The position numbers and the translations under genes are program-made. A DNA stretch of 64,000 bases from Fermentimonas sp. (lineage in GTDB: Bacteria > Bacteroidota > Bacteroidia > Bacteroidales > Dysgonomonadaceae), in NCBI GenBank assembly GCA_050945215.1, contig JBMNSN010000005.1:6440-70439 (forward strand), in the 5' to 3' direction. The stretch's first letter is position 1. Each line of letters opens with the position of its first letter. Under the pieces are notes generated by a model. That model saw only the letters and a program-made list of their open reading frames with translations, did no database searches and was not told where the DNA came from. Below are positions 1 through 12,409 of the stretch, piece after piece.

Positions 1-957
1 GCTCACGTAGATTGTCCCGGACACGCTGACTATGTAAAGAACATGGTTACTGGTGCTGCTCAGATGGATGGTGCCATCATAGTGGTTGCGTCAACTGACG
101 GACCTATGCCTCAGACTCGTGAGCACATCCTTTTGGCTCGTCAGGTAAACGTTCCAAGACTTGTTGTTTTCATGAACAAGGTTGACTTGGTAGACGACCC
201 TGAAATGCTTGAACTTGTGGAAATGGAAATGCGTGAATTGCTTTCATTCTACGATTTTGATGGTGACAACACTCCTATCATTCAAGGTTCTGCTCTTGGT
301 GCACTTAACGGTGACCCAAAATGGGAAGAAAAGATTATGGAGCTTATGGATGCAGTTGATAACTGGATTCCACTTCCTCCACGTGATATTGATAAGCCAT
401 TCCTTATGCCAATTGAGGATGTATTCTCAATTACCGGTCGTGGTACTGTTGCTACAGGTCGTATCGAAACAGGTATCATCAAGACAGGTGATGAAGTTCA
501 AATCATCGGTTTAGGTGCAGAAGGCAAGAAGTCTGTTGTTACAGGAGTTGAGATGTTCCGTAAGATATTGGACGAAGGTCAAGCAGGTGACAACGTTGGT
601 TTGTTGCTTCGTGGTATTGACAAAGACGAAATCAAACGTGGTATGGTGATTTCTCACCCAGGAAAGGTTACTCCTCACTCTAAATTTAAGGCAGAGGTTT
701 ATGTTCTTAAGAAAGAAGAGGGTGGACGTCACACACCATTCCATAACAAATATCGTCCACAATTCTATATCCGTACTTTGGATGTTACTGGTGAGATCAC
801 TCTTCCTGAAGGAGTAGAAATGGTAATGCCTGGAGATAACGTAACTATCTCTGTAGAGCTTATCTACCCAGTAGCGTTGCACGTAGGTCTACGTTTCGCT
901 ATCCGTGAAGGTGGACGTACAGTAGGTGCAGGACAGATTACTGAATTACTTAACTAA
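1..957 (+). CDS. tuf: Elongation factor Tu, 3' portion (5' end lies upstream of the window)
   Basis: Frame 1 is open from base 1 and reads [24 protein letters not shown] (switch II DxxG). It has the NKVD G4 motif and domains II/III, with TAA at 955-957. Track ORF 43-957 merely begins at the first internal Met. Confidence 0.97.
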   Translation, partial: AHVDCPGHADYVKNMVTGAAQMDGAIIVVASTDGPMPQTREHILLARQVNVPRLVVFMNKVDLVDDPEMLELVEMEMRELLSFYDFDGDNTPIIQGSALGALNGDPKWEEKIMELMDAVDNWIPLPPRDIDKPFLMPIEDVFSITGRGTVATGRIETGIIKTGDEVQIIGLGAEGKKSVVTGVEMFRKILDEGQAGDNVGLLLRGIDKDEIKRGMVISHPGKVTPHSKFKAEVYVLKKEEGGRHTPFHNKYRPQFYIRTLDVTGEITLPEGVEMVMPGDNVTISVELIYPVALHVGLRFAIREGGRTVGAGQITELLN

Positions 958-997
958 TTGACTAATTCGCAAATCAATTAAAAAGTAGTAATAATTT

Positions 998-1058
998 AAC
1001 CCTGCCACTTTATCTAATCCAATATTTTTTGGGAATTTGAGATGTGCAGGGTTTTTAT
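998..1058 (+). terminator. Possible tuf terminator: long imperfect stem-loop plus T-run, ending one base before tRNA-Trp
   Basis: aaccctgc (998-1005) pairs with gcagggtt (1046-1053). There is an inner ccaa/ttgg hairpin and a T-run at 1052-1056. Confidence 0.35.
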
Positions 1059-1132
1059 ACGGGTCTAGCTCAGTTTGGTAGAGCACTGGTCTCCAAAACC
1101 AGGTGTCGGGAGTTCGAGTCTCTCGACCCGTG
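1059..1132 (+). tRNA. tRNA-Trp: tRNA-Trp, anticodon CCA (3' CCA not encoded)
   Basis: Manual cloverleaf. Acceptor acgggtc (1059-1065) pairs with gacccgt (1125-1131). D arm is gctc/gagc. Anticodon stem ctggt/accag has loop ct-CCA-aa. T arm is gggag-ttcgagt-ctctc and the discriminator is g1132. The position between tuf and secE is the classic one. Confidence 0.93.
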
Positions 1133-1151
1133 CAAAATGATCTGAATATAG

Positions 1152-1343
1152 ATGAAAAAAATAGTTGCATATATGAAGGATTCTTATTACGAGTTAGTAC
1201 ATAAGGTATCCTGGCCAACCAGAGAAGAGCTGTCCGGAAGCACTGTGATTGTATTGATTGCTTCCCTTATAATCGCAATAGTGGTTTTCGGCATGGACTC
1301 TTTATTTGAGTGGATAATGAAATTTCTATACGGTATTTTATAA
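1152..1343 (+). CDS. secE: Preprotein translocase subunit SecE
   Basis: 63 aa with a single C-terminal TM helix (TVIVLIASLIIAIVVFGMD). It sits in the conserved position immediately upstream of nusG. Confidence 0.85.
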   Translation: MKKIVAYMKDSYYELVHKVSWPTREELSGSTVIVLIASLIIAIVVFGMDSLFEWIMKFLYGIL

Positions 1344-1364
1344 TTCTGAAGAAAGAGGATTAAG

Positions 1365-1907
1365 ATGGCTGAGAAAGGTAAAAAATGGTATGTATTGCGT
1401 GCTGTTAGTGGAAAGGAAAACAAAGTCAGAGAATATCTTGAATCAGAGATTAGTAAATCCGACTTGGGAAAGTATATTTCTCAAGTATTAATCCCAACAG
1501 AGAAGACTTACACTGTACGTAACGGGAAAAAGGTAATGAAAGAACGTGCCTATCTCCCCGGTTATGTGCTGATTGAGGCTGAACTGACGGGAGAGGTTAT
1601 TCACGAACTTAAAAATATCAATTATGTTGCCGGATTTCTTCCTAACACAAGTGATCCTCAACCCTTGAGAGAATCGGAGGTGAAACGAATCTTAGGGACT
1701 ATGGATCAGCTAGAGGAGGCTGGTGAGGAAATTGATATGGAGTATTTCGTTGGTGAGAACGTGAAGGTGATTAACGGTCCTTTCAGCAGTTTTACCGGCG
1801 TTATCGAAGAGGTGAATGAAGATAGAAAGAAACTCAAAGTAATGGTTAAGATTTTCGGGAGGAAACAACTCCTGGAATTAGGTTATATGCAAGTAGAGAA
1901 AGAATGA
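1365..1907 (+). CDS. nusG: Transcription termination/antitermination factor NusG
   Basis: 180 aa. NGN start reads KWYVLRAVSGKENKV and the KOW motif reads GENVKVINGPFSSFTGVIEEV. Synteny is secE-nusG-rplK. Confidence 0.93.
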   Translation: MAEKGKKWYVLRAVSGKENKVREYLESEISKSDLGKYISQVLIPTEKTYTVRNGKKVMKERAYLPGYVLIEAELTGEVIHELKNINYVAGFLPNTSDPQPLRESEVKRILGTMDQLEEAGEEIDMEYFVGENVKVINGPFSSFTGVIEEVNEDRKKLKVMVKIFGRKQLLELGYMQVEKE

Positions 1908-1978
1908 TCAGTATTTGGTTACGCAGATTCTGTCGATTCTTAAGTGTTTAGAAAACCCAATTAATTAAAATCAAGAAA

Positions 1979-2428
1979 ATGGCTAAAGAAGTTGCCGGAC
2001 AACTAAAATTACAAATTAAAGGAGGAGCAGCAAATCCATCTCCCCCTGTTGGGCCAGCATTAGGTTCTAAAGGGATTAACATTATGGAGTTTTGCAAGCA
2101 ATTCAATGCCAGGACTCAGGACAAGGCCGGTAAAGTGTTGCCAGTGGTAATAACTTATTACACGGATAAGTCTTTTGATTTTATTGTTAAAACACCTCCG
2201 GTTGCAGTTCAGCTTCTAGAGATGAGCAAACAGAAGGGTGGTTCCGCAGAACCTAACCGCAGCAAGATTGCTTCAATAACTTGGGATCAGGTTAAAGCTA
2301 TTGCTGAGGAAAAAATGCCCGACTTGAATTGCTTTACTCTGGAATCAGCTATGAGAATGGTAGCCGGTACGGCTCGTAGTATGGGTATCACTGTGAAAGG
2401 AGCTTTTCCTGAAAATTTAAATAATTAA
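1979..2428 (+). CDS. rplK: 50S ribosomal protein L11
   Basis: Carries the PPVGPALG motif and MEFCKQFNA. 149 aa, in the expected synteny. Confidence 0.96.
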   Translation: MAKEVAGQLKLQIKGGAANPSPPVGPALGSKGINIMEFCKQFNARTQDKAGKVLPVVITYYTDKSFDFIVKTPPVAVQLLEMSKQKGGSAEPNRSKIASITWDQVKAIAEEKMPDLNCFTLESAMRMVAGTARSMGITVKGAFPENLNN

Positions 2429-2444
2429 TAAACTTCAATTGAGT

Positions 2445-3146
2445 ATGAGTAAACTGACAAAAAATCAAAAGTTGGCTTTAAGCAAGATTGAGGTAGGAAA
2501 ATCTTATTCACTGAAGGAAGCCTCAGAACTGGTAAAAGAGATTACCACTACAAAGTTTGATGCTTCTGTTGATATTGATGTACGCTTAGGCGTAGATCCT
2601 CGCAAAGCCAACCAGATGGTAAGGGGCGTAGTATCTTTACCTCATGGAACAGGGAAACAAGTAAGAGTTCTTGTGTTGTGTTCTCCAGAAGTTGAAGCCG
2701 AAGCTAAAGAAGCTGGAGCTGACTATGTAGGACTAGATGAATATATCGAAAAGATTAAGGGCGGTTGGACTGATGTTGATGTTATCATCACTCAGCCACA
2801 GATAATGGGTAAGATCGGTGCTTTGGGACGTATCTTAGGTCCTCGAGGCTTGATGCCTAACCCAAAGAGTGGTACTGTTACTACTGACGTAGCTAAGGCT
2901 GTATCAGAAGTTAAACAGGGTAAGATCGACTTTAAAGTAGATAAAGCAGGTATTATTCACACTTCTATTGGTAAAGTATCATTTACATCGGAGCAGATTA
3001 AAGAAAACGCTAAGGAATTTATCCACACGTTGATCAAATTAAAGCCTGCATCGGCAAAAGGTACTTATATTAAGAGTATTTATCTTTCTAGTACGATGAG
3101 TCCGGGTATCAAAATTGATACTAAGACTTTAGATGAGTCTAATTAA
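2445..3146 (+). CDS. rplA: 50S ribosomal protein L1
   Basis: Typical L1 sequence ([30 protein letters not shown]). The track ORF starts at TTG 2439, but the ATG at 2445 (MSKLTKNQ) is more likely. Confidence 0.94.
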   Translation: MSKLTKNQKLALSKIEVGKSYSLKEASELVKEITTTKFDASVDIDVRLGVDPRKANQMVRGVVSLPHGTGKQVRVLVLCSPEVEAEAKEAGADYVGLDEYIEKIKGGWTDVDVIITQPQIMGKIGALGRILGPRGLMPNPKSGTVTTDVAKAVSEVKQGKIDFKVDKAGIIHTSIGKVSFTSEQIKENAKEFIHTLIKLKPASAKGTYIKSIYLSSTMSPGIKIDTKTLDESN

Positions 3147-3161
3147 TAAAAAATTAATTCA

Positions 3162-3680
3162 ATGAAAAAGGAAGATAAAAAACAGATAATAGATAATATT
3201 GTAGCTAATCTTCAGGAGTACGAAAACTTCTATCTTACTGATATTGCAACATTGAATGCAGAAAAGACCAGTAATTTGAGAAGAGAATGTGCTAATAACG
3301 ATATTAAGCTACTGGTGGTAAAGAATACCTTGCTGCATAAAGCATTCGAAACGCTGGACAAGGATTATCAGGAGTTATATCCTATGCTTAAAGGAAACAC
3401 TGCTATAATGTTTTCTAATACAGCAAATGCTCCCGCAAAACTTATTGATAAGAACAAAGCTGATAAGATACCTGCATTTAAAGGTGCATATGTTCAAGAG
3501 AGCTTCTTCATTGGAGCTGAGACTCTTAGCCAGCTTGTTAACATCAAGAGCAAGACGGAGCTTATCGGGGATATTATTACACTTCTACAATCTCCTGCAA
3601 AGAATGTTATTTCATCTCTTCAATCCGGTGGATCAACCATACATGGTGTATTGAAAACTCTATCGGAGAGAGAACAATAA
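3162..3680 (+). CDS. rplJ: 50S ribosomal protein L10
   Basis: 172 aa and sits between rplA and rplL. L10-like N-terminus (KKQIIDNIVANL...FYLTD...LNAEKTSNLRREC). Confidence 0.92.
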   Translation: MKKEDKKQIIDNIVANLQEYENFYLTDIATLNAEKTSNLRRECANNDIKLLVVKNTLLHKAFETLDKDYQELYPMLKGNTAIMFSNTANAPAKLIDKNKADKIPAFKGAYVQESFFIGAETLSQLVNIKSKTELIGDIITLLQSPAKNVISSLQSGGSTIHGVLKTLSEREQ

Positions 3681-3726
3681 TTTTACAATCAAACAGAATT
3701 AGTAATCAATTTAAACAAATACAAAA

Positions 3727-4104
3727 ATGGCAGACTTAAAAAAATTTGCTGAAGACTTAGTTAACCTTACTGTTAAAGAGGTTAATGAATTGGCCGAAAT
3801 TTTAAAAACAGAATATGGCATTGAACCAGCCGCTGCAGCAGTTGCAGTTGCTGCGGGTCCTGCCGCAGGTGGTGAAGCAGCCGCTGAAGAAAAGACTTCA
3901 TTTGACGTTATCTTAAAGAGCGCAGGTTCTGCTAAACTTGCTGTTGTTAAGGCAGTTAAGGAGCTTACAGGTCTTGGATTGAAAGATGCTAAAGACTTGG
4001 TAGATGGTGCTCCAAGTGAATTGAAGAAAGGTGTAACTAAAGACGAAGCTGAAGCTTTGAAAAAACAACTTGAAGAAGCAGGGGCTGAAGTTGAACTTAA
4101 ATAG
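3727..4104 (+). CDS. rplL: 50S ribosomal protein L7/L12
   Basis: Ala-rich hinge [21 protein letters not shown] and C-terminal domain [12 protein letters not shown]...EAGAEVELK. Confidence 0.97.
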   Translation: MADLKKFAEDLVNLTVKEVNELAEILKTEYGIEPAAAAVAVAAGPAAGGEAAAEEKTSFDVILKSAGSAKLAVVKAVKELTGLGLKDAKDLVDGAPSELKKGVTKDEAEALKKQLEEAGAEVELK

Positions 4105-4129
4105 AAATACCTTTATTTAGGTTAAAATC

Positions 4130-4167
4130 GGTTAGGAATCTTCTTTTAGAAGGTTCTTAACCTTTTC
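4130..4167 (+). terminator. Stem-loop plus T-run in the rplL-rpoB spacer (attenuator or partial terminator)
   Basis: ggttaggaatcttct (4130-4144) pairs with agaaggttcttaacc (4148-4162). This gives 15 bp including 2 G-U pairs and a 3-nt loop, followed by TTTT at 4163-4166. Confidence 0.55.
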
Positions 4168-4201
4168 TGTCAATAGATATTAGGTTCAAAAACTCATTCC
4201 C

Positions 4202-7200
4202 ATGTCTTCAAATATAGTCAATAAAAGAATAAATTTTGCGTCGATAAAAAATCCACTTGACTTTCCTGATTTTTTGGAAATTCAGCTAAAATCTTTTCAG
4301 GATTTTATTCAACTCGACACTCCGCCTGAGAGCAGAAAAAAAGAAGGATTGTATAAGGTTTTCACAGAAAACTTTCCTATTACGGATACTCGTAACAACT
4401 TTGTCCTAGAATTTTTAGATTATTATGTAGATCCTCCAAGATACTCAATTGAAGAGTGTATTGCGAGAGGTCTGACCTATAGTGTTCCTCTGAAAGCTAA
4501 ACTGTACTTATATTGTACAGACCCTGATCATGAGGACTTTAACCCTATTATTCAGGATGTATATTTGGGAACCATTCCGTACATGACTGAAAAGGGTACT
4601 TTTGTTATCAACGGTGCTGAACGTGTGATAGTTTCTCAGCTACATCGTTCTCCCGGTGTGTTTTTCGGGCAAAGTATGCATGCCAATGGTACGGTGCTGT
4701 ATTCAGCGAGAATAATACCTTTCAGAGGTTCTTGGATTGAATTTGCAACCGACATCAACAATGTCATGTATGCATATATCGACCGTAAGAAGAAACTCCC
4801 TGTTACCACGTTGCTGAGGGCTATTGGCTACGGAAGTGATAAGGAGATTTTAGAGATATTTGATCTTGCAGAAGAGGTTAAGGCAAACAAGACAAACCTC
4901 AAAAAGATTGTTGGCAGAAAGGTGGCTGCAAGAGTCGAGAAGTTTTGGATGGAAGACTTCGTAGATGAAGATACAGGTGAGGTTACCACAATAGAGAGAT
5001 CTGAAATAATCATTGAGCGTGAGACGGTTATTGAGAAAGAGCATATTGATGCTATTCTGGAGTCAGGGGTACCTTCTGTTATTATACACAAAGAAACGCC
5101 CAATTCTTCGGACTTTTCAATAATCTACAACACATTGCAGAAAGACCCGAGCAATACGGAGATTGCAGCTGTTAAACATATATATACTCTATTACGTACC
5201 ACAGAACCTGCTGATGATGCCAGCGCAAGAGAGGTTATAAACAGTCTGTTTTTCTCTGACAAGAGATATGACCTGGGTGATGTTGGTAGATATAGAATAA
5301 ATAAGAAATTGAATCTCGACATTGATGCCGACACACGTGTGTTGACTAATGATGACATAATCGAGATTATAAAATATTTGATTGAGCTTGTAAACTCAAA
5401 GGCCGTTGTAGACGATATTGACCACTTGAGCAATAGACGTGTGAGAACGGTTGGAGAACAATTATATAATCAATTCGGAGTAGGTCTTAGCAGAATGGCA
5501 CGAATAATACGTGAGAGAATGAACGTTCGTGACAATGAGGTTTTCACTCCAATAGATTTGATAAATGCTAAGACTATCTCTTCAGTAATAAATACATTCT
5601 TCGGTACTAATGCTTTGTCTCAGTTTATGGACCAAACAAATCCATTGGCTGAGATTACTCACAAGCGACGCTTGTCGGCATTAGGGCCCGGTGGACTATC
5701 ACGTGAACGTGCCGGATTTGAGGTTAGGGACGTACACTATACACACTACGGAAGATTATGTCCGATAGAAACTCCTGAAGGACCAAATATCGGTTTGATA
5801 TCTTCTCTTTGCGTATATGCTAAGATTAACGACTTAGGTTTCATTGAGACTCCTTACAGAAAGGCAGAGAACGGAGTTGTAAATATCAACAACAATGAAG
5901 TAGTTTACTTAGCCGCCGAGGAGGAAGAAGATAAAATCATTGCACAGGGTAATGCCTTGCTTGATGATAAAGGCAAGTTCGTAAACTCAAGAGTTAAGGC
6001 AAGACAGGATGCTGACTATCCGGTAGTTGAGCCTGACGAAGTTGAGCTTATGGACGTTTCACCAATGCAGATTGCATCAATCGCTGCTTCATTGATTCCA
6101 TTCTTGGAACATGATGATGCTAATAGAGCATTGATGGGTTCTAACATGATGCGTCAAGCTGTTCCTTTGTTAAGAACAGAGTCACCAATCGTAGGTACCG
6201 GACTGGAAGACAGACTTATTTTAGATTCCAGAACTCAAATAGTTGCCGAAGGTGATGGAGAAATCACTTATGTTGATGCAACTACCATAAAGATAAGGTA
6301 CGAACGTACAGAGGATGAAGAATTTACGAGCTTTGATGACGCAGAAAAGACATATAATATTCCTAAGTTCAGAAAGACAAACCAGAATACTACTGTAGAC
6401 CTTCACCCTATTTGTTCGGTTGGACAAAAAGTTAAGGCCGGCGAAATATTAACTGAAGGTTATGCTACAGAGAATGGTGAGTTAGCTCTTGGTAAGAACC
6501 TTAAGGTTGCTTTTATGCCTTGGAAAGGTTACAACTTTGAGGACGCTATCGTATTGAGCGAAAGAATGGTTAGCGAAGATGTCTTCACTTCAGTCCACGT
6601 TGAAGAGTTTTCAATGGATGTTCGTGAGACAAAACGAGGAATGGAAGAATTGACGTCTGATATTCCCAACGTTAGTGAAGAGGCAACCAAGGACTTGGAC
6701 GAAAGAGGAATTGTAAGGGTTGGTGCAAGAATCAAACCCGGAGATATATTAATAGGAAAGATTACTCCTAAAGGGGAGTCGGATCCTTCGCCTGAAGAGA
6801 AATTGCTGAGAGCAATATTTGGTGACAAGGCAGGAGATGTTAAGGATGCATCTTTGAAAGCTTATCCATCATTGCGAGGTGTTGTTATTCATACAGACCT
6901 ATTCTCTAAAGCTTCTAAGAAGGGTAAGACAAAATTATCGAATAAAGCTATTCTTCCCAAACTTGATGAAGAGTATGAGGTGAAGTTTGAAGAGCTAAGA
7001 AAGCTACTAATAGAAAAGCTACTCAAATTGACCGAAGGCAAAACATCAGCAGGAGTGAAAGACTACACTAATATTGATGTTGTTGCAAAGGGTGCCAAAT
7101 TTACTGCTAAAGTGTTGGCTGATATAGACTTCCAGTCTATACAGTTGAATAAGTGGACGAATGACGATCAGAAGAACGAGCTTATCAGACTTACTGTGAT

Positions 7201-8014
7201 CAACTACCTACGTAAGTATAAAGAGCTTGACGCTGAACTTAAGCGTAAACGTTTTGACTTAACCATAGGAGACGAACTTCCATCAGGTATAATGCAAAGC
7301 GCAAAAGTTTACGTAGCAAAGAAGAGAAAGATTCAAGTAGGTGATAAGATGGCAGGTCGCCACGGAAATAAGGGTATTGTGTCAAAGATAGTTAGACAGG
7401 AGGATATGCCATTCTTGGAAGACGGAACGCCTGTTGATATCGTATTGAACCCTCTTGGTGTACCTTCGCGTATGAACCTTGGTCAGATTTTTGAAACTGT
7501 ACTGGGATGGGCAGGTAAGGAATTAGGAGTTAAGTTCGCAACGCCTATCTTTGATGGTGCACAACTTGAAGATTTGACAACATGGACTGACAAAGCCGGT
7601 GTGCCTGCATACGGCAAAACTTACCTTTATGATGGAGGAACCGGAGAACGATTTGACCAGCCTGCAACAGTTGGTGTAATTTATATGCTTAAACTGGGGC
7701 ACATGGTTGAAGACAAGATGCATGCACGTTCAATTGGTCCATACTCTCTTATCACTCAACAACCTCTAGGAGGTAAGTCACAGTTTGGAGGTCAGAGATT
7801 TGGAGAGATGGAGGTTTGGGCACTTGAAGCTTTTGGAGCTGCACACATCCTTCAGGAAATACTGACGGTTAAGTCAGACGATGTTATGGGTAGGTCTAAG
7901 ACTTATGAAGCAATCGTTAAGGGAGAAAATTTACCTCAACCAGGTATACCAGAATCTCTGAACGTATTGATTCATGAACTCAAGGGATTGGGATTAAATC
8001 TCTCTCTTGATTAG
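4202..8014 (+). CDS. rpoB: DNA-directed RNA polymerase subunit beta
   Basis: 1270 aa. Conserved blocks include [17 protein letters not shown] and [24 protein letters not shown]. Confidence 0.98.
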   Translation: MSSNIVNKRINFASIKNPLDFPDFLEIQLKSFQDFIQLDTPPESRKKEGLYKVFTENFPITDTRNNFVLEFLDYYVDPPRYSIEECIARGLTYSVPLKAKLYLYCTDPDHEDFNPIIQDVYLGTIPYMTEKGTFVINGAERVIVSQLHRSPGVFFGQSMHANGTVLYSARIIPFRGSWIEFATDINNVMYAYIDRKKKLPVTTLLRAIGYGSDKEILEIFDLAEEVKANKTNLKKIVGRKVAARVEKFWMEDFVDEDTGEVTTIERSEIIIERETVIEKEHIDAILESGVPSVIIHKETPNSSDFSIIYNTLQKDPSNTEIAAVKHIYTLLRTTEPADDASAREVINSLFFSDKRYDLGDVGRYRINKKLNLDIDADTRVLTNDDIIEIIKYLIELVNSKAVVDDIDHLSNRRVRTVGEQLYNQFGVGLSRMARIIRERMNVRDNEVFTPIDLINAKTISSVINTFFGTNALSQFMDQTNPLAEITHKRRLSALGPGGLSRERAGFEVRDVHYTHYGRLCPIETPEGPNIGLISSLCVYAKINDLGFIETPYRKAENGVVNINNNEVVYLAAEEEEDKIIAQGNALLDDKGKFVNSRVKARQDADYPVVEPDEVELMDVSPMQIASIAASLIPFLEHDDANRALMGSNMMRQAVPLLRTESPIVGTGLEDRLILDSRTQIVAEGDGEITYVDATTIKIRYERTEDEEFTSFDDAEKTYNIPKFRKTNQNTTVDLHPICSVGQKVKAGEILTEGYATENGELALGKNLKVAFMPWKGYNFEDAIVLSERMVSEDVFTSVHVEEFSMDVRETKRGMEELTSDIPNVSEEATKDLDERGIVRVGARIKPGDILIGKITPKGESDPSPEEKLLRAIFGDKAGDVKDASLKAYPSLRGVVIHTDLFSKASKKGKTKLSNKAILPKLDEEYEVKFEELRKLLIEKLLKLTEGKTSAGVKDYTNIDVVAKGAKFTAKVLADIDFQSIQLNKWTNDDQKNELIRLTVINYLRKYKELDAELKRKRFDLTIGDELPSGIMQSAKVYVAKKRKIQVGDKMAGRHGNKGIVSKIVRQEDMPFLEDGTPVDIVLNPLGVPSRMNLGQIFETVLGWAGKELGVKFATPIFDGAQLEDLTTWTDKAGVPAYGKTYLYDGGTGERFDQPATVGVIYMLKLGHMVEDKMHARSIGPYSLITQQPLGGKSQFGGQRFGEMEVWALEAFGAAHILQEILTVKSDDVMGRSKTYEAIVKGENLPQPGIPESLNVLIHELKGLGLNLSLD

Positions 8015-8076
8015 TCGACTTCTACGTTATAAAAGTTGATATATACAAGTACGTATAATTCTTTGTAAAGAAAATT

Positions 8077-11000
8077 ATGGCATACAGAAAAGATAATAAA
8101 TTAAAGAGTAACTTTTCAAAAATTACTATAAGTTTAGCGTCACCTGAACAAATTTTGGAAAACTCGTATGGTGAAGTTCTTAAGCCAGAGACTATAAATT
8201 ATCGTACGTATAAGCCTGAACGAGACGGCTTATTCTGCGAACGTATCTTCGGTCCTGTAAAAGACTACGAATGTCATTGTGGTAAATATAAAAGGATAAG
8301 ATATAAGAATATTGTTTGTGATAGATGTGGCGTTGAAGTAACAGAAAAAAAGGTTCGCCGTGAACGTACAGGACACATCCATTTGGTAGTTCCGGTAGCT
8401 CATATCTGGTATTTCAGATCACTCCCGAACAAGATTGGTTATTTGTTAGGTATACCTACCAAGAAGTTGGACTCAATCATATATTATGAAAGATATGTGG
8501 TGATTCAACCGGGAATATTGGAAGATAAATATGAAAGAAGGCAATTACTATCTGAGGATGAGTACCTTGAAATAATGGAAAATCTTCCTAAAGAGAACCA
8601 GATGCTCGACGATTCCGATCCTAACAAGTTTATAGCAAAGATGGGTGCTGAAGGTCTGCTTGGCTTGCTCGAGAGACTTAATCTTGACAAGCTGGCTAAT
8701 CAATTGCGTCATAATGCTGATAACGAGACATCACAACAGAGAAAGAACGAGGCACTAAAACAGCTTCAAGTTGTAGAAGCTTTCCGTGCATCAAAGAACA
8801 TAAACAAACCTGAGTGGATGATAATGAAGGTTATTCCTGTTATTCCACCGGATTTAAGGCCTTTGGTACCTCTTGATGGAGGGAGGTTCGCTACTTCTGA
8901 CTTGAACGATTTGTATCGTAGAGTTATCATACGTAACAACAGATTGAAGAGACTTATTGATATTAAGGCTCCTGAGGTGATTTTACGTAATGAGAAGAGA
9001 ATGTTGCAGGAAGCTGTTGACTCTCTCTTCGACAACTCACGTAAGTCAAGTGCAATAAAGACAGAGTCAAACAGACCTTTGAAATCTCTATCTGACAGTT
9101 TGAAGGGAAAACAAGGTAGGTTCCGTCAGAATCTATTGGGTAAGCGTGTTGACTATTCTGCACGTTCTGTTATTGTTGTTGGCCCCGAGCTTAAGATGCA
9201 CGAATGCGGATTGCCAAAAGATATGGCTGCCGAGATGTATAAGCCATTTATCATAAGAAAACTTATTGAAAGAGGCATCGTAAAAACGGTTAAGTCTGCC
9301 AAGAAAATAGTAGACAGAAAAGAACCGGTTGTTTATGATATACTTGAGTTTGTGATGAAAGGACACCCGGTATTGTTAAACCGTGCTCCTACCCTACACA
9401 GACTGGGTATTCAGGCATTTCAGCCTAAACTTATTGAAGGTAAAGCTATACAGTTGCACCCATTGGCATGTACTGCATTTAATGCTGACTTTGATGGTGA
9501 CCAAATGGCTGTACACCTCCCACTAGGTAATGAGGCAATACTTGAGGCGCAATTACTTATGCTTGCTTCACACAATATTCTTAACCCTGCAAACGGAGCA
9601 CCTATCACAGTTCCTTCACAGGACATGGTATTAGGACTTTACTATATCACTAAGATTCGTCCGGGAGCGAAGGGAGAAGGTCTCGTATTCTATGGAGAAG
9701 AAGAAGCTATAATTGCTTACAACGAAGGTGCAGTAGACATTCATGCTCTGGTTAAGGTTGTTGTTGACGATATTGACGAAGAGGGTAATCCTATTCGCAA
9801 AATGTACGAAACATCGGTTGGCCGTGTAATAACCAATGAAGCTATTCCTAAGGAAGTAGGTTATGTTAATGAGCTATTGTCTAAAAAGTCACTTCGTGAT
9901 ATTATTGGCAAGGTTATTAAGACTTGTGGTGTAGCACGTACTGCTGAATATTTGGATGATATCAAGGACTTGGGTTATAAGATGGCATTTAAAGGTGGTC
10001 TATCTTTCAATCTTGATGATGTTATAATCCCGGCAGAAAAAGAGGCGTTAATACAGGAAGGCTATGATGAAGTTGAACAAATCATGGACAACTACAACAT
10101 GGGATTCATCACGTACAATGAGCGCTACAACCAGATTATTGATACATGGACTCATATTAACTCAAAGCTATCAAACGTATTGATGAAACAGCTTGCAGAG
10201 GACGACCAAGGGTTCAACTCAGTATATATGATGCTTGACTCAGGTGCGAGAGGTTCGCGTGAGCAGATCCGTCAGTTGTCAGGTATGAGAGGATTGATGG
10301 CAAAACCTCAAAAGAGCGGTGCCGAGGGTGCGCAAATTATTGAGAACCCTATCTTGGCTAACTTTAAAGAAGGTTTGTCGGTTCTTGAGTACTTTATTTC
10401 AACTCACGGAGCAAGAAAAGGTCTTGCCGATACAGCACTTAAGACTGCAGACGCAGGATATTTGACTCGTCGTTTGGTTGATGTTTCACAAGATGTGATC
10501 GTTAATGAGGATGACTGCGGAACGCTAAGAGGTTTGACAGCAACTGCTATAAAGAATAATGACGAGACAATTGCATCACTATATGAAAGGATATTAGGTA
10601 GAGTTTCTGTTCATGATGTACAGCATCCAAACACGGGTGAGATATTAGTACACAGTGGTGAAGAAATTACAGAAGACATCGCTAAGAAGATTGAAGAATC
10701 ACCAATTGAACGAGTGGAAATACGTTCGGTATTGACTTGTGAATCTCCTAACGGAGTGTGCGCTAAATGCTACGGACGAAACCTTGCTACCGGCAAGATG
10801 GTTCAAAAGGGAGAAGCTGTTGGTGTTATAGCAGCGCAATCTATTGGTGAACCCGGTACTCAGCTTACACTTCGTACGTTCCACGTCGGAGGTATCGCTT
10901 CTAACATCGCATCAGAAAGTAGAATAACTACCAAATATGATGGTACGATTGAGTTTGATGAGTTGAGAGCGGTAGATGTTACAGAAGGAGACAAGAGCTA

Positions 11001-12354
11001 CAAGGTTGTAGTAAGCCGTCTGTGCGAAATGAGAGTTGTAGATCCAAATACTAAGATCATATTGATCTCTCACAACCTGCCTTATGGCTCAAAGCTTTAT
11101 TTCAATCAAGGCGACAAGGTTAGCAAGGGAGACTTAATTTGTGAATGGGATCCATTTAACGCTGTTATTGTTTCGGAAGTATCAGGTAAGATTAAGTTTG
11201 AAAGCTTTATCGAGAATATGACCTACAAGATTGAGTCTGACGAACAAACAGGTTTGAAGGAGAAGGTTATTATTGAGTCAAGAGATAGGACAAAAGCCCC
11301 ATCTGCTCATATAGTTAATGATAATGATGATGTTCTACGCAGCTATACCCTGCCATTGGGCTCACACATTATCAAGAACGAAGATGACATAGTGAAAGCG
11401 GGAGATATTATAGTGAAGATACCTCGTGCTGTTGGAAAGGCAGGAGATATCACGGGAGGTCTACCTAGAGTTACAGAGCTGTTTGAGGCACGTAACCCAT
11501 CTAATCCTGCAGTAGTTACAGAAATTGATGGTGAAGTTAGCTTCGGAAAGATAAAAAGAGGTAATCAGGAAATAACCATTACTTCAAAAACAGGGGAATC
11601 CAAGAAATATATGGTACCTCTTTCAAAACAGATACTTGTTCAAGAGAATGACTATATCAGAGCAGGTATGCCTCTTTCTGAAGGTGCAATTACTCCATCG
11701 GACATCTTGGCTATTAAAGGTCCTACGGCTGTACAAGAATATATCGTTAATGAAGTCCAAGACGTATATAGACTACAAGGAGTGAAGATTAATGACAAGC
11801 ACTTTGAAGTTATTGTTCGCCAGATGATGCGCAAGGTAGAAGTAGTCGATCCGGGTGACACTCGTTTCTTGGAGATGCAACTTGTTGATAAACATGAGAT
11901 CATGGAAGAGAACGATAGGATTTGGGGCAAGAGAGTTATTGTTGATGCTGGAGATTCTCAGATATTTGAACCAGGTCAGATTGTAACAGCACGTAAGCTG
12001 AGAGATGAGAACAGTTCACTTAAACGAAGAGACCTCAAGTTGGTGGAATCAAGAGATGCTATTCCTGCTACTGCAAACCAGGTTCTTCAGGGTATTACTC
12101 GTGCTGCTCTACAGACTACCAGCTTCATGTCTGCTGCGTCGTTCCAGGAAACAACTAAGGTTCTTAACGAAGCTGCAATAAATGGTAAGGTAGATACATT
12201 GGAAGGTTTGAAAGAAAACGTTATTTGCGGACACCTTATCCCTGCAGGTACAGGACAGAGAAACTTTGAGAAAATCATTGTAGGTTCTCAAGACTACTAC
12301 GATAAGATTAATTCTGAAAAGAGATCAGATCTATTGAAGGAATTGATAGATTAA
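8077..12354 (+). CDS. rpoC: DNA-directed RNA polymerase subunit beta'
   Basis: 1425 aa. Has the N-terminal Zn motif [20 protein letters not shown] and the catalytic [12 protein letters not shown]. Confidence 0.98.
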   Translation: MAYRKDNKLKSNFSKITISLASPEQILENSYGEVLKPETINYRTYKPERDGLFCERIFGPVKDYECHCGKYKRIRYKNIVCDRCGVEVTEKKVRRERTGHIHLVVPVAHIWYFRSLPNKIGYLLGIPTKKLDSIIYYERYVVIQPGILEDKYERRQLLSEDEYLEIMENLPKENQMLDDSDPNKFIAKMGAEGLLGLLERLNLDKLANQLRHNADNETSQQRKNEALKQLQVVEAFRASKNINKPEWMIMKVIPVIPPDLRPLVPLDGGRFATSDLNDLYRRVIIRNNRLKRLIDIKAPEVILRNEKRMLQEAVDSLFDNSRKSSAIKTESNRPLKSLSDSLKGKQGRFRQNLLGKRVDYSARSVIVVGPELKMHECGLPKDMAAEMYKPFIIRKLIERGIVKTVKSAKKIVDRKEPVVYDILEFVMKGHPVLLNRAPTLHRLGIQAFQPKLIEGKAIQLHPLACTAFNADFDGDQMAVHLPLGNEAILEAQLLMLASHNILNPANGAPITVPSQDMVLGLYYITKIRPGAKGEGLVFYGEEEAIIAYNEGAVDIHALVKVVVDDIDEEGNPIRKMYETSVGRVITNEAIPKEVGYVNELLSKKSLRDIIGKVIKTCGVARTAEYLDDIKDLGYKMAFKGGLSFNLDDVIIPAEKEALIQEGYDEVEQIMDNYNMGFITYNERYNQIIDTWTHINSKLSNVLMKQLAEDDQGFNSVYMMLDSGARGSREQIRQLSGMRGLMAKPQKSGAEGAQIIENPILANFKEGLSVLEYFISTHGARKGLADTALKTADAGYLTRRLVDVSQDVIVNEDDCGTLRGLTATAIKNNDETIASLYERILGRVSVHDVQHPNTGEILVHSGEEITEDIAKKIEESPIERVEIRSVLTCESPNGVCAKCYGRNLATGKMVQKGEAVGVIAAQSIGEPGTQLTLRTFHVGGIASNIASESRITTKYDGTIEFDELRAVDVTEGDKSYKVVVSRLCEMRVVDPNTKIILISHNLPYGSKLYFNQGDKVSKGDLICEWDPFNAVIVSEVSGKIKFESFIENMTYKIESDEQTGLKEKVIIESRDRTKAPSAHIVNDNDDVLRSYTLPLGSHIIKNEDDIVKAGDIIVKIPRAVGKAGDITGGLPRVTELFEARNPSNPAVVTEIDGEVSFGKIKRGNQEITITSKTGESKKYMVPLSKQILVQENDYIRAGMPLSEGAITPSDILAIKGPTAVQEYIVNEVQDVYRLQGVKINDKHFEVIVRQMMRKVEVVDPGDTRFLEMQLVDKHEIMEENDRIWGKRVIVDAGDSQIFEPGQIVTARKLRDENSSLKRRDLKLVESRDAIPATANQVLQGITRAALQTTSFMSAASFQETTKVLNEAAINGKVDTLEGLKENVICGHLIPAGTGQRNFEKIIVGSQDYYDKINSEKRSDLLKELID

Positions 12355-12371
12355 AGGATTATAATATTATT

Positions 12372-12405
12372 AAAAAGCCCGTTTAAATATTTAAACGGGC
12401 TTTTT
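12372..12405. terminator. Bidirectional intrinsic terminator between convergent rpoC and ppk1
   Basis: AAAAA, then gcccgtttaaa (12377-12387) paired with tttaaacgggc (12390-12400), then TTTTT. The A-run and T-run flanks allow termination on both strands. Confidence 0.75.
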
Positions 12406-12409
12406 CTTT

